The notes below the pieces were generated by a model, which saw only the letters and a list, made by a program, of their open reading frames with translations, did not search any database and had not been told where the DNA came from. This document shows positions 48,914 to 63,677 of a DNA stretch of 64,000 nt, piece after piece (the stretch's first letter is position 1; every line of letters starts with the position of its first letter). Location: NCBI GenBank assembly GCA_951406725.2, contig OX597827.1, positions 4,092,001 through 4,156,000 of the forward strand, read 5' to 3'. The DNA comes from Octopus vulgaris (Eukaryota). Made by a program: the position numbers and the translations under genes.

Positions 48914-50418
48914 AGCTATATATATATATATATATATATGAATGATCATATATAGTTATATGTATATATATGAATGTGTTGAGTATGCATATAATTATAC
49001 ATAAAGTTATGTATACATGACATGAAACCATCAGCCACTATAGGTCTTGAAAACTAACAGTGGAAAAATTTAGATTAGATCAGGTCAATGTACCATTCTC
49101 ATATATTTGGCATCAACTTGTTTTTGCCATTTCTCATTTATTTGATGTAATCATGGATTTAGGTACAGGTGTATCAGTGTGGTTCAGAAGTTTGCTTCAA
49201 CACCACATGGTTCCAGATTCAGTCCCATAGTATGGTACCTTAGTCATCTATTATAAACCTTGGTGCCGGTGTGTTTATATCCCCATAACTTAGCAGTTCA
49301 GCAAATGAGTCTAAAAGATTAAAAAAATATAAGTCCTGGAGTTGATTTGCTTGACTAAAACCCTTCAAGGCAATGCTCCAAAATGGCTGCTGCCAAATGA
49401 CTACAACAAGTGAAAGATATGGGTAAAAAGGACCTCACAGCCCTACACTTGTTTTACTCACTTGCCAAACACTTTACATTATGTGTTGGGTAGAGTTTCT
49501 AGGCATCAACCCTAGAGAGACAGCCTTGCTCACAATTCCCCTGTAGAGGAAATGTGGCAGATGGTAGGTTCTGTCAAAGCACTGTGAGAAAAGGCAGGGA
49601 GACTTATACAGAGTAGAAGAGTAGGGCACTCATTTTACATGTTCATCTGTCTGAGTGATGTGCATCAAAATAGTCACCATTCAGGATGACTGATGACTTG
49701 TGCAGTAACTTTGTTAAAGTGAAAATGAGTTGCTTGCTGTCAATCTCATCCCCATATCCTTAACCATCTTCAATCCAGTGGCAAGTCCAGATCAAGATGA
49801 TTTGGGAAGGAAACAGAAACTGTGGGTGACCAAGATGGCAGAGAACTGGCAGAAACGTTAGCACACCGGGCAAAATGCCTAGCAGTATTTTGTCTGCTGT
49901 TATATACTATTGACATATCTACCACATGTACTTTCTGCTCATTTATATTAAATATTGAAATGTATTTATCTTCTACATTCATATACCATTAACATGTATT
50001 TGTTATTCTCATGTATTTACCATTCCCATACCATTTAAAGCGGAGGGAAGTTGTGGAAGAGAGAGACACAGGAAGACAAGGGACGAAATATTGAAGGCTG
50101 ATCTCAAAACACTGAACCTTACAAAGGATAGGACAGAGGAGACTGAGCTATGTGGTGCATTGCTGTACTTAAGAAGGCCTGCCCACCACATGTGAATTGA
50201 AATCCTAAAACCAAGGGGCCATGTAAAAAGCATTGGTGTGGGTGCTGCTGCCATGCAAAAAGTACCTAGTACACTCTATAAAGTGGTTAGCATTAAGAGG
50301 GGCATCCAGTCATAGAAATAAACCAAAACAGACTAAGGATTTTGGTGTGGCCCCTGGCCTTGCAAGTTCCTGTCAAGCCATCCAACCCATGCCAGCATGG
50401 AAAACAAATATTAAATAT

Positions 50419-50458
<40 letters not shown>

Positions 50459-52378
50459 CTATTTACAATTCATGTGAATTTATACTTCTAATGCATTTAC
50501 TTTTCCCATGTATTTATAACTGACAGGTATTCACCATTCACATGTATTCACCATTCACAGGTATATGCCATTCAATGGTGGTGGTCGGGATACCAGAACT
50601 AATAATAATCTGCTTATGTTTTTGCTGGTTTCAACAAATGTTTGGGGACAAACTTATTGCTTTCTATCTAAACAGGACACAGATTGTCACTGTGTAGGAC
50701 AGACTGTCATCATAGAGGACAGACGTTCGATCAGTCATGTACTTAATAAAGGAAGCAAAAGTTCAGGTATTTGCCATGGCTTAACACTGCTTTAAGCCTT
50801 TCAAGAATTATAAAATGGCAGCTAAAATATATTAGAACAAAGAGTAATTATACTCAGTTTTAATACTTGGCTTCACTGACAGACTTGTCATCTCTGGCAG
50901 CAACCAGTTGCATTAAATTTATATTCACATATGCATATGAACATACACACGTGTGTGTGTGTGTGTATGTGAATACATGCATACATACATTCATACCTAC
51001 ATACATACAAATATACACATATATATACATATATATATATTTATAATATATATATATATATTTACATATAAATGTTTGTACATACATACAGGCATGTATG
51101 TGTCCTTTATACATGCATACATACATTCATACCTACATACATACAAATATACATATATATATATATATATATACATATATATATTTATAATATATATATA
51201 TATATATTTTTATAATATATATATATATATATTTACATATAAATGTTTGTACATACATACAGGCATGTATGTGTCCTTTATACATGCACACACATATATG
51301 CATATACACAAGGAATATATTAAGGATGTATATAATTCTATTGACTCACACTTTCTTTGTATTTCACCTTTACTCCTGTACTATTTAAAAAATTACGCTC
51401 TGCTGTCATTTAGACACATGGTATTTACTTTATAAATATGGCTCTTTAAATCTTTCCAAAAAAATAATAAATCCTTTGACAGTTGAACATCGTAAAAGAG
51501 TTAATAATAAAGTATTCACCCTTATGAATGAAAAAAAAAATCAAATGTAAAAATATATAATATTGATTAAAATTTCCAGAACAGGAAAATTGATATTTCA
51601 TAAAAATCTTTATTTAAAAATTTTTTATTTATCTATTTATTATTATTTTGAATTTTGAAAATGTTGAATTTTTTGGAATTTTCTTGAAGAAAATAAATGT
51701 ATAGAATTTTGTTGTACTCCCATGATTGAAATTTCTTGAATCCTTTAATTATGTTGACCCTTTCATTCACTCTTTATAAAAGTAGGGACACAATAATTAT
51801 TGAAATCTCTTAGTGATTGATTACTTGGAAAAGAAAATGTTTATCCAATCTTCTATATTAGATCTTGTAAAGACACTCAAATCTTTATTCTTACCATAAG
51901 CTGATTAGATAATCTATCATTTTGTTGAAGGTTGAAGATCTATCATAAACCCAATGCTAATGATGTTAATACCCGCTTGAGAATCTGCAAGTTTAACAAG
52001 TTCAGTGGTTCTCTGCTGTGAGGGAAAAATTTAAATCAAAATCTCTAGTGATGGTAACTTCAGCAGGGACAGGCAGAAGAAGAGGTGAAGTCAGTCAGTG
52101 GATGACAGCTCTGATTTCTCAGGATTTATATATTACATGTGGTTAGCATTGGTGGTAAATAGTTTTGGTCAATTGAATTAATCATTGTTACAGTTATTTT
52201 GGTGTGTATGAGAATGAGTGACAAAGGGATGGAAAAGCAATCAGACTGACAGATAGATTGATGGATAGATAGATGGATAGACAAACAGATAGATAGACGG
52301 ATAAATTGACAGATTGAAAGATAGATAGATAGATGTACAGATTGAAAGATAGATAGATATACAGATTGAAAGATATAC

Positions 52379-52442
<64 letters not shown>

Positions 52443-53058
52443 GGATGGATGGATGGATGGAAGCACGGACTAATAGCTGGATGGACAGATAGATGGATGG
52501 ATGGATGGATGGATGGACTGATGGATGGACAGACTGATGGATGGATAGGTAGATAGATAGATAGATAGATAGATGAAGAAAGAGAGCAAGTGGAAGAGCA
52601 AGAGTGAGGTAAAAGCATTTTGCCAGTCTGGACAAAGAGTGGGAGGATATGATAGTTTCAAGTTTAGAGTTAGGAGGATATTGTAGAATACTGAAGCGTA
52701 CTGTAACACTTGGTCAGACCTACAATCAAAAGTATCATCTTTTTATCAAGCACTGCATATTACACTATCCAATATGTCCTTTCATACTATTTACAAGATA
52801 GTAGGGTGAAATGTAAGGGTGATTATCTGCTCTTTTTAGCAGGTTGGATGATTATGTAGACGCTCCATTGTAGATTCATAAAGCGGGTATATGTTTTAGA
52901 GTGGCTATACAGTGGAGGGTCAAGTGGTTACAGTCTAGAGTAAATCATACCAATGAATGGAACCTTCAGTCATAGTCACTGTCAAATGGTTAAGAAGTCT
53001 GCTTTACAACCATATGGTTCTGGGTTCAATCTCTCATCATGGCACTTTTAACAAGTGT

Positions 53059-53108
<50 letters not shown>

Positions 53109-53125
53109 ATCATCATCATCATCAT

Positions 53126-53317
53126 CATTTAGCATCCGTTTTCCATGCTAGCATGGGTTGGATGGTTCAACTGGGGTCTGTGAAGCCAGAAGGCTTCATC
53201 AGGTCCAGTCAGATCTGGCAGTGTTTCAGATCTGACTGGGCCTGATGAAGCCTTCCGGCTTCACAGACCCCAGTTGAACCGTCCAACCCATGCTAGCATG
53301 AAAACGGACGCTAAATG
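53126..53317. repeat. Palindromic duplication of RTE tail (~92-bp arms, 9-nt loop)
   Basis: 53126-53217 is inverted at 53227-53317, with a few mismatches. Confidence 0.92.
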
Positions 53318-54073
53318 TATATATATATATGAGTCTATGGGTCATTTGGCCTTTGTTTTTTGAAAATCCATCTGCCCAGATTCCAACATAGTTTTCATCT
53401 TTCCAATTTCTGTCACAAGGTTATTGTCAATCTGAGTTTATGGTAAAAACATTTCTCTAGACTGCTATGCTGTGGGATTGAACCTAGAACTGCATGATTG
53501 TGAAGCAGATATCTTAACCACTCTGCCATGACTTTACATAAGCGCACAAATCTCAAATATGCAAAAAACATATACAGCACACACACACATATACACATAT
53601 ATACAAACACAGACACAGTAACATATATACACATCTGGAAACCTCTAGCACTTCAAGAGAAATAGATAATCCAAAGCAAACCCTTTAATAGGATAGCAGT
53701 TCCATAATCCTTCCAGAAGATAAGGCTGATGCTAATGGAGTTACGAGCAAAAGAAAATGGTGAAAACATTCAATCAAAATACTGAGAGAAGAAGCTCAAA
53801 ATGAGATTTTCCCCTGAACAGTTTCTTGGTTCGTAAAAGAAAACAAAGATATTTCACAGACAACTCATTAAATATTAATATACTTTATAATGTATCTATA
53901 TCTTTATACACTCAAACACACAGACAGACAGACACACACATGAATGAATGTATGTGTATATGTGTATGAATGTGTGTATGTGTGTGTGTGCACTTGTATT
54001 ATATATATATGATGTATATAATTATATTATACATATATATAATATATCATTATCGTTTAACATCTGCCTTATA

Positions 54074-54131
<58 letters not shown>

Positions 54132-55004
54132 ATTATATTATATATTTATATGTGCATGTGTGTGTATGTATGTATGTATATAAATATATAATTTAGTTGT
54201 AAGGATTCATTAGAATCTAGGCACATCAACATGTAGGATGCAAAAAATGTCTAGGTATAATAAGATAGAGCTCACACTGAGATAAACAACATTGAAGGCC
54301 TCAAGTGTTGGTAGATTACTGTTCATAAGCAAATACCAAATCTAATTTAAACCTTGATGTGACATAGGTATAAAAACCAAACATAAATGGTATTTAAAGT
54401 TTATGACAGCTGTTTTTGTAGAATTTTATGAATGCATTAATAGAAGATAACATCAGAATTGCTGTTCTTATACTTAAATTAGAAACAATTTATTATTTTG
54501 TCATTTTCTTTCTATTTTTTTCAGCTATGGAATTGGGGCCACGATGGGGCCCTGCCTTGAAGGATTTTAGTCAACCAAATCAACCCCAGTACTAATATTT
54601 TTACATCTGATGTTTATGGCTCTCTATTGCCAAACTACTAAGATATTGGGGCATAAATGAACCAACACCAGTTGTCAAGTGGTGGAGGAAGGAGAAACAC
54701 AGACACAAAGACACCCGCCTATGCACACACACACACACACACACATACATACAAATATAGATATATATATTGTTCTATTATTCTATTATATGTTTCAGTC
54801 CTTTATTTATAGCCTTTATTTATGTATTTTTTAATGGGTTTATGTATGTGTACAAAAGGCTTCCATACAGTTTCCATCTACCAAATTCCCTAACAGGGCA
54901 TTGGTTGTCCAAGGGCTGTAGTACAAGATACTGGCCCAAAGTGCCACACAGTGGGATTGAACACAACAATTCAGAAGAATATATATATATATATATTCAG
55001 AAGA

Positions 55005-55036
<32 letters not shown>

Positions 55037-55469
55037 TAAGTGTTTTTATCAGACACACCTGAAACAGATTTGGAATAGAGAGGACATGTCATTTATGAGG
55101 TCACAAACAGCGGTGAAATAAATTTGACAAACTGAGCTGATTAACTGATGACCGAACACTTAATCAAACAAGTGATTAAATAGTTTGTTAAATGTTTAAC
55201 ATAGTTGACTAATAATAATAACAACGATTATAGTGATAATAATAATAATAATTATTATTATTTCAAATTTTGGTACACGGTCAGCAACTTTGGGGGAGGG
55301 GTAATTTGATTAAATCAACTCAAGTCTGCAACTGGTACTTATTTTATTGACCCTGGATGGCTGAAAAGCAAAGTTAATCTCAGCAGAATTTGAATTTAGA
55401 ATGTAAAGACAGATGAAATGTCGCTAAGCATTTTGTCCAGCATGCTAAAGATTCTGACAACTCACCACC

Positions 55470-55521
<52 letters not shown>

Positions 55522-57338
55522 TAGTAACAATAACAATAATAAAAAGAAGTGAAATAGAATCAGAGCTTGTGTTATTGGCATAATGATCCCCCAACACTAG
55601 TTGTCAAGTGGTGAAGGGGACAAACACAAACCACATAGATGTACACAAATAGATACATACTCACACATGTGTGTGTATGATGGGCTTCTTTTAGTTTCTG
55701 TCTACAAAATCTGCTCACAAGGCTTTGGCAGCCTGGGACTATTGTACAACATATATGCCCAAGGTGCCAAGCTGTGGGACTGAACTCAGAATCGTATGGC
55801 TGGGAAGCAAACTTCTTACTACACAGCCATGCCTGGATGTGAATAGAATTTCGATAAAAGACTAAGATCTCTGGGACTCAAACATAACGTATCTGTCTTT
55901 GGTTCTCCAGAAATGGCCAACGCCTATATACGGAAGACTTTGAGGATATAGCAGTGGAAAAGAGAAGTGCTTTAGGAGAAGAAAAAAAAAAAGCAAATAA
56001 ACTACCAGTTAAGCTTCAGTATATTGTGATGTCTTTCCCCACTCCATACTGAGTACTGTGTTGGTGGACCAAGTGAACTTTACTAAACAATGGTGTAATA
56101 TTCAATATGAAGAAATAAAGTAATAATCAATTACCATTTATTCCACATAATAGTCTAATACTACAATCATTATTAGGTTGTTTTATTGAAATTATGAGTT
56201 TTACAATGTGATGAGAGTATCGGGAAATGGTGGTGGTGGTGGTGTGTTGGTGGTTGGAGTAGACTCCATATGGTCGATCGACTTGTGAGAATTAGTGGCT
56301 AAATCTTTCTTCCACATATTACATCCCCACCATCTTAAAAAATGAGTGAGGAAGAGGAGGTAAAGGATGAAGCAGAAGAGGAGGTGGTGAAGGCAATGAC
56401 AAAGGTTAACAGTAGCAACGATGATGATTCAAATATGCTTCATTGTTTAACTTAAATTGTTAGAGAGCCAAACAAAACGCATTGAAATATTTTAGTTTCG
56501 GTGCTTTGCATTGTGAGTTCAAATCTTGCGGAGATCAAATTTACCTTTCATCCTTTTAGGGGTAATAAAATAAAGTATTTTAATTAATTACTAGGGTTAA
56601 CTCATATTCGTATAAAGTATCCTTATGTATGAATAGAATTATGATAAATGACTAAGATTAGAGTTATAGTCTTCACTCTTTTACTCTTGTACTTGTTTCA
56701 CTCATTTGACTGTGGCCATGCTGGAGCACCGCCTTTTAGTCGAGAAAATCGAACCCAAAACTTATTCTTTGTAAGCTTAGTGCTTATTCTATCAGTCTCT
56801 TTTGCCAAACCACTAAGTTACGGAGGCGTAAACACACCAGCATCGGTTCTCAAGCAATATTGGGGGGGACAAACACACAAACACATACACGCACACATAC
56901 ACACACACATATATATATACATAAGTACGTACGTACATACTTACATACACACATACATGCATATAGGTATGCACACATGCATAAGCATGTACACATATGC
57001 ATACGCACATACATGTACACACAAATACATACATACATGCATACATACATGCATACATACAAACATACATGCATACATACATGCACACATATACATACAT
57101 ACATACATACATACATACATACATACATACATGCATGCATACATACATACATGCATACATACATACATACATACATACATAGATACATACATACATGCAT
57201 ACATACATGCATGCATTCATACATACATACATGCATACATACATACATACATACATAGATACATACATACATACATACATACATACATACATACACACAT
57301 ATATACGTACATATATATCATGAACCAACTGTTACTTT

Positions 57339-57531
57339 CTCAGATGCAGCAACAGGTCACAGTCTCAAAGCGATGAAAATATTTTGGCAAATTAAATTTA
57401 AATGTTGAAGTGAATCTGACGGTTTTTGTGTTTTTCTTAAATGACATATAAACACCTTCCACACTGCAATTGTTTTCATTTCAGCACACGATCTCAGATC
57501 AGGTCACTTGCTATGCAAGTACATCTCCGTA
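57339..57531 (+). mobile_element. Single-arm copy of the 28007-28303 family
   Basis: AACAGGTCACAGTCTCAAAGCGATGAAAATATTTTGGCAAATTAAATTTAAATGTTGAAG...TATGCAAGTACATCTCCGTA. Confidence 0.8.
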
Positions 57532-58248
57532 GTTATTTTATTACAATGCATAAATATTTTTAGAGAATAAGTCAACCACGTCGAAGCTAACATTGGAGTT
57601 CAGTGTAGCCTTGCTGCATGTTGGATTTGGTCAAATGATCTAACCCATGCCAGTATGGACAATAGACATTAAATGATAATGATGATGGTGGTGGTTTTGG
57701 TGGTGGTGATGATGATGATGGATGAATGAATGAATGAACGAACCTACAGGAAAATTGCATACATTAAAAACTGTGTAGTTAACATTACCAAAAGGCTGCC
57801 AAGGGGTTAAAATATTGATTCTTAACGATCAGAAATTTAAAAACATTGCAAATATATGATCAAAGGAGAAAACAATAATGTTAAAGAAAGCGAAAAGGTG
57901 TAGAGTTAAAATAGAAGCCATATGTTAGACAGGGTTGATGTTTCCAGTGTATAGGAAACAACATCAGTGTGAAAAGTAATAAGAATTGATGAGGTGATTA
58001 ACGAAGAACTTAATCAAGCATGGCACTGTAGAACACAACTAAGTTTCTAGGTAACCAAATCAACAATCCATTTTTTTCTTATATTCCTTGTAAAAGCCAT
58101 TTGACTAGACATTTCACTTGTGCCCAGCAAACCAATTATTTATTTTTATACTAATTATGAGATTTCTCCATTTCTGTTTGAGAGCATTTTAACCATTTTG
58201 ATACTAGTCAGTCTCTAAGTATTTTCGTATAAAAATCTTTCACTTTAA

Positions 58249-58456
58249 CCCTTTTGATACCAATCCAACCTGAAACTCCTAGTTCTACGATACCGATTCC
58301 TTGTTTTAAAATGGTTTAAGTTAAAGCCTTCTATTAGATGTCCATATTAATTTATGTTCAAAACCAACTTACTGACAGTCACTAAATTCTTTACTATTTG
58401 CAAAATTTTATAAAACAAAAGCAGCATATGTTAACAGAAGTATAGTAACAAAGTGT
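58249..58456. mobile_element. Diverged copy of the TTAA MITE
   Basis: TTAA|CCCTTTTGATACCAA...GTAACAAAGTGT|TTAA; colinear with 26960-27180. Confidence 0.65.
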
Positions 58457-61400
58457 TTAAAGTGCTTATATTTAAAATACCAGTCATATGCTAGGAGTAA
58501 TTTAATTGACTGATGCTGGTCCCCTCCAGGCTTCTTCAAGTAAAAGATTACACATAACCTCAACGGAATTTTCTTATTACCACTTGTATTGGAAGGAGTT
58601 AACCTCAATATCCACAATATATCTGTGAGTAGCATTGACCTCCGCTTTGATAGAACACTGCCATACAAATTCTATAATTAATGGTTTATGCAGCATGCCT
58701 GTCATGCTGACTAAAACAGGAAAACAAGATATTTAAATTGAAACCTTCCATCATCACTTCATGTAAGGACTTTCTGTTATGTTCCAAACACCAGCTTTGT
58801 AACGAAGTAAGTTAATTGCTTTACAAAGTCTTTCCAAATTTTTGATTATTTTCAAAGTTAACTGAATCACATAGACAAATTATTTCAATAGAAATAAGGT
58901 GGAGATAGAATCAAAGCAACTCTAGTTTCCTTATCTGTTGTGAATATTTTAAAATAAACTTCACACAGAATAACTGTGACAGAGAATTCCAGCTCTTTGC
59001 ATTCTGACAGTAGCAGCTATGGCAATGATTCCAAGCTGTATTGGCCAAAACTGGCAGAGCTTCTCTTATATAAATATCAGGTGGCATTCATAGGTGACTG
59101 TTAGTCTTTCTTTAAATAAAAGTTTGTCCAGATTAGCACATACATGCATGGATGAATGATCACCTTAGACAGATGGAGGGCTCCATCATACCAACCAAAG
59201 ATCTGACTTGGCTCCAAATTTTAAGGTGCCCTGTAGTGACAGGAAGGTTTTCATTTGATGCAATAACCATTGAGGTCTGCAATTACTGGGCAAGGAACAT
59301 TATAGGGTCATGGACGTCCTACTGAGTCAAGAGTGGTGGGCTAAGAATGTCTGTTTGCGACTGTATAAGCATATAAAACAATGAATGACAATACTGTACA
59401 TACTGCTAGGTCATAGTTGTGAGGGATGACGTTTATGGTACACATAAGCAAAGATTCAAACATACACGTGGCTACACACAACCTTGTAATTATGTTAATG
59501 AGAATAAAAAGGTAAAGTCTAAAGTGGAATTTTTCAAGGAATTCCATCAGAAGTAAAAAGAATGATAAAGCTTTTGTTTACTTTTTCTTTTGTAATATCA
59601 AAATTCATAAGGCATGAATCTGTGACTTGTAATATATTGTGTCTGTTTTTGAAGTCATCAACCCATAATGAAACAGATAAGTGCTCAAGTAACATAAACC
59701 AGATAATAAAGACGTTGAAATATCCAGATGTGTGGCCATACAGATGCAAAAACTATAAAGATTTAGCATTATGAATATAAATATGTATAACTGTACAGCA
59801 GTGATAACATTGAGCAGGGAGGACTTTTATGTTTTGCAGGGTACAAGACAACCTCACTAGTGATGGTGCCACAATAACATACACCCAGTACACTTTGTAA
59901 AGCGGTTGTGGGATAAACAAACAAAAGAACATCAAGAGAAATTTTTAGTCCTGTCTTGATGAGGATGACAACTTCTCTAGCACTGGTACCATGATAAAAT
60001 GCACCCAGAACACTTTAAGATGCTGGTGTTAGGAAGAGAATCCAACTATGGAAACTGCCAAAAATGAAAAGTACAGGCAAGATTTGTTCCTCCAACACTA
60101 CTAGAAGGACATTTACTCCCAATAAGAACTGACTTAAACAGTGACAATCTGCCCAGCCCATACCAGCATGGAAAGCAGGCATAAAATCATAATGACTCAG
60201 TGGTTAGGGTATTGAATTCATGATCCTAAATTCAAGGATTCCATTCTTAGACTGGGTAGTATGTTGTGCTTTCAGCAAAGCAATTCATTTCATCTTGTTT
60301 CTATTTACTCAGCTAAAATGCACCCAAGCCAAGTGCTGCTGCAGCTTTCTCTCTTTCCAGCTGTCATATCCTGGATGTTCCGCTGGGTGAAGGCTAGAAG
60401 TGTCAAAAGAACATCCATGTCTGCTCATAAATATAAAAGTGCTTAAAACAATTACCCAGAACGTAGCACATACTATTAGATTATCCTCAGTTCTAAGTGA
60501 TTTAATGGTAGATTTTAATGATACAGATATACAGATGCTTTCTGGCAATGAAATGAAACTTGATATTTATAAAGATGATTTCATCTCTGACTCTCTATTT
60601 CTCTCTTACTTTCTCACTCTTCCCACAACATCTCTCAATCTAACTCACTATCTATTTATCATACCATCAGATAAGGTAGCAAATTGGCAGCATTGTTAGT
60701 GTGCTGGACCAAATGCTTAATGGCATTTCTTTTGGCTTAACATTTCAAGTTCAAATCTCATCAAGGTCATCTTAGCCTTTCATCCTTTTGGAGCCAATAA
60801 AATAAAGTACTGGCCAAGTATTGAGATTGATGTAATTGGCTACACATCCCCACCCACCAAATTGCTGGCCTTGTACCAAAATATGAAACCATTATATTGT
60901 TGGATAAGCAGCATTTTTAGTTATCATTGAATTTCTAAAATTTCTTTTATATTCTTTTCTACTCTAGGCACAAGGCCCGAAATTTTTGGGGAGGGAGGCC
61001 AGTTGATTAGATCGATCCCACCCTGGAGGGATGAAAGGCAAAGTTGACCGTGGCACAATTTGAACTCAGCACGTAAAGACAGATAAAATACTGCTAAACG
61101 TTTCTGCCAGCTCGCTGCATATTTTTATATTGAACACACAAAACAAAAAAATCCTTAAATTTATGTGCATTCTTAGTTACAGACTATATAAGAGAGTTAA
61201 CTATAGTAACTTTGTATTATTACAAAACTAAAATTACCATATGGTGAACTGGCAGACTTGCTAGGCCATGGATAATATACCTCATGGTATATGTGTTGAC
61301 CTTCTACATTCTAGTTTTAAATGCCACAGTGATCAACTTCACCTTTTATTCTTTGGAGTCAATAGATACTGTGCAGTATCTGTTTCAATCCTTTGCATAT

Positions 61401-62432
61401 TGGCCAAGCTATATTGACTAAAGTTGGCAGACCTTCTCTTGGATAAACATCATGTGGCATAGAAGAGGGAGATTTGCAGGCTTCCTTTAAAAAATTTTGC
61501 CCAGGTTTGTACATGCATGTATAGATGAATGATTGTCTTAGACTGACGGAGGCCTCCACCATACCAATCAAAGATCTGACTCAGTGCCAAATTTTTAATT
61601 CCAGAGATATTGCCCCTGTCTTTCTTGACAAAGAGCTATCATTAACACTAATTTTTGAAAGTTTTCATTACAGTTGTATAATTTAATTTAATTAAAAATA
61701 TATTTTTGCTCACTCAATTATGTTAACCTGTGCATAACTGAAATGCATATAAGTGCATGAATGAATACTCCCATCGATATGATTGTCTATGGAGGGTCTC
61801 AGACCTAACGAGCATTCCTCTTCCATTTATTTGGTCTTAAAGCTCTGTTTGGGATTAATAGGGTCAGTAGACTATAAGTTCTCCTTTAACCTGATTTACT
61901 GTTAGGGTTGACTCCTTCAGCCTTTGCCTTTTTGCTGGTATTCCCAGGTAGAGAGTATTTAGGCTGAGAGTCAACCTTTTCCTTGTATGGTTACCTTCCC
62001 AAGACTGCTGAGTGCAGATTGGCTGTCCATTTATACTGCTGGGGGTTGGGGAGGGTGGCAAAGGTTAGAGTCTACTTTCTCCAAGAAATATGCTTTAATA
62101 AATGCTACAGGATGTTCACTCTTACTGGTTTTACAGCACGGCAGACACAAACCTGAAATTCCTATGTCCCTGTCCCATTGTTAGATAGTCAGTGGCCCTC
62201 TGTTTGGTTCATCTGTCCTTTACAGAACACCAGCAAAATTGTAGGGGTATAAAAAAAAAATTCAATTTTTTGATGTTTTTATAAAATCAATCTTGAACAT
62301 ATAGCTTGAAAATTAAATATAAAACCTTAATCAAATTCTAGTAACATAAAAATCAGCATGGAGATTTAAGCTTCAGGTTCAGTCCCACTGCATGGCATCT
62401 TGGGCAAGTGTGTTCTACTATAATTCTGGATA

Positions 62433-62836
62433 GGTGCAGGAGTGGCTGTGTGGTAAGTAGCTTGCTTACCAACCACATGGTCCCGGGTTCAGTCCCACTG
62501 CATGGCATCTTGGGCAAGTGTCTTCTACTATAGCCTCAGGCTGACCAAAACCTTGTGAGTGGATTTGATAGATGGAAACTGGAAGAAACCTGTCGTATAT
62601 GTATATATATGTGTATGTATGTGTGTATATGTTTGTGTCTGTGTTTGTCCCCCCAACATCGCTTGACAACTGATGCTGGTGTGTTTATGTCCCCATAACT
62701 TAGTGGATCGGCAAAAGAGACCAATAGAATAAGTACTAGGCTTACAAAGAATAAGCTCTGGGGTCAATTTGCTTGACTAAAGGCAGTGCTCCAGCGTGGC
62801 CACAGTCAAATGACTGAAACAAGTAAAAGAGTAAAG
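62433..62836 (+). mobile_element. SINE family A, full length
   Basis: Matches the consensus; preceded by a partial duplicate at ~62375-62422. Confidence 0.9.
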
Positions 62837-63464
62837 AAGTAACCAAACACTTGTGAATGGATTTGGTAAATGGAAACAGAAGGAAGCCCATGTGTGTGAA
62901 TGTATGGATTTGTGTGTATTTGTGTGTGTGTATGTCTTCTTGTCTTAACATAGCATGATATTGGAAACCTGTGTCATTCATTTGCAATATTCTGTAGAAA
63001 CATATCTGACCATGGGAAAATATTGCCTTCGTTGGTGACAGGAAGGGTGACTAGCGATAGAAAATATGCCTTGAGAAACCTTTGTCTGACCCATGCAAGC
63101 ATGGAAAAAGAGTTCATTAAAAAGAGATCATTAAGATAATGATGATAATGACGATGAAACCCTTACAGTGCATGAATAAATGGATGTTAAGTTACATAGA
63201 ACATAAAAGAGCACGAAAATAAACAATTTGTTATATTTAGCTACGGAACTGTTTATTTTGTGTACCTAATCTCACCACTAAGATAAACTCGGTCTTTTGT
63301 CCCTATGGGACCATTAAACATAAGTATTATTTTGTGGGTACATTTTTTTTATTCCACTGGGGGTTATTAATGTAAATACAAGTGTTATTTTGTGGGTGTA
63401 AATCCCATTTAGTTATAGATAACTATGAAAAATGTATTTGCATTCATGTACGAAATTATCAGTG

Positions 63465-63677
63465 GTTTCAAATTTCTGCAAAAAGGCCAGCAATTTAGTG
63501 AGAGGGGAAAGTCGATTATCTCGACCCCAGTTCTCAACTGGTACTTGTTTTAACAGCCCCAGAATGATGAAAGGCAAAGTCAACCTTGGCAGAATTTGAA
63601 CTCAGAACATAAAGTCAGATGAAATACCACTAAGCATTTTGCCCAGCGTACTTGTGATTCTGCCAGCTCACCACCTT
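63465..63677 (-). mobile_element. SINE family B (alternative tail)
   Basis: GATGAAAGGCAAAGTCAACCTTGGCAGAATTTGAACTCAGAAC...CTGCCAGCTCACCACC. Similar copies at ~20588-20805, 27470-27640, 55262-55470 and 60675-61115. Confidence 0.8.

Noticed and set aside
49690-49740. CTGATGA...GAAA spacing
   Set aside because: Stem II is out of register, and there is no stem I or III.
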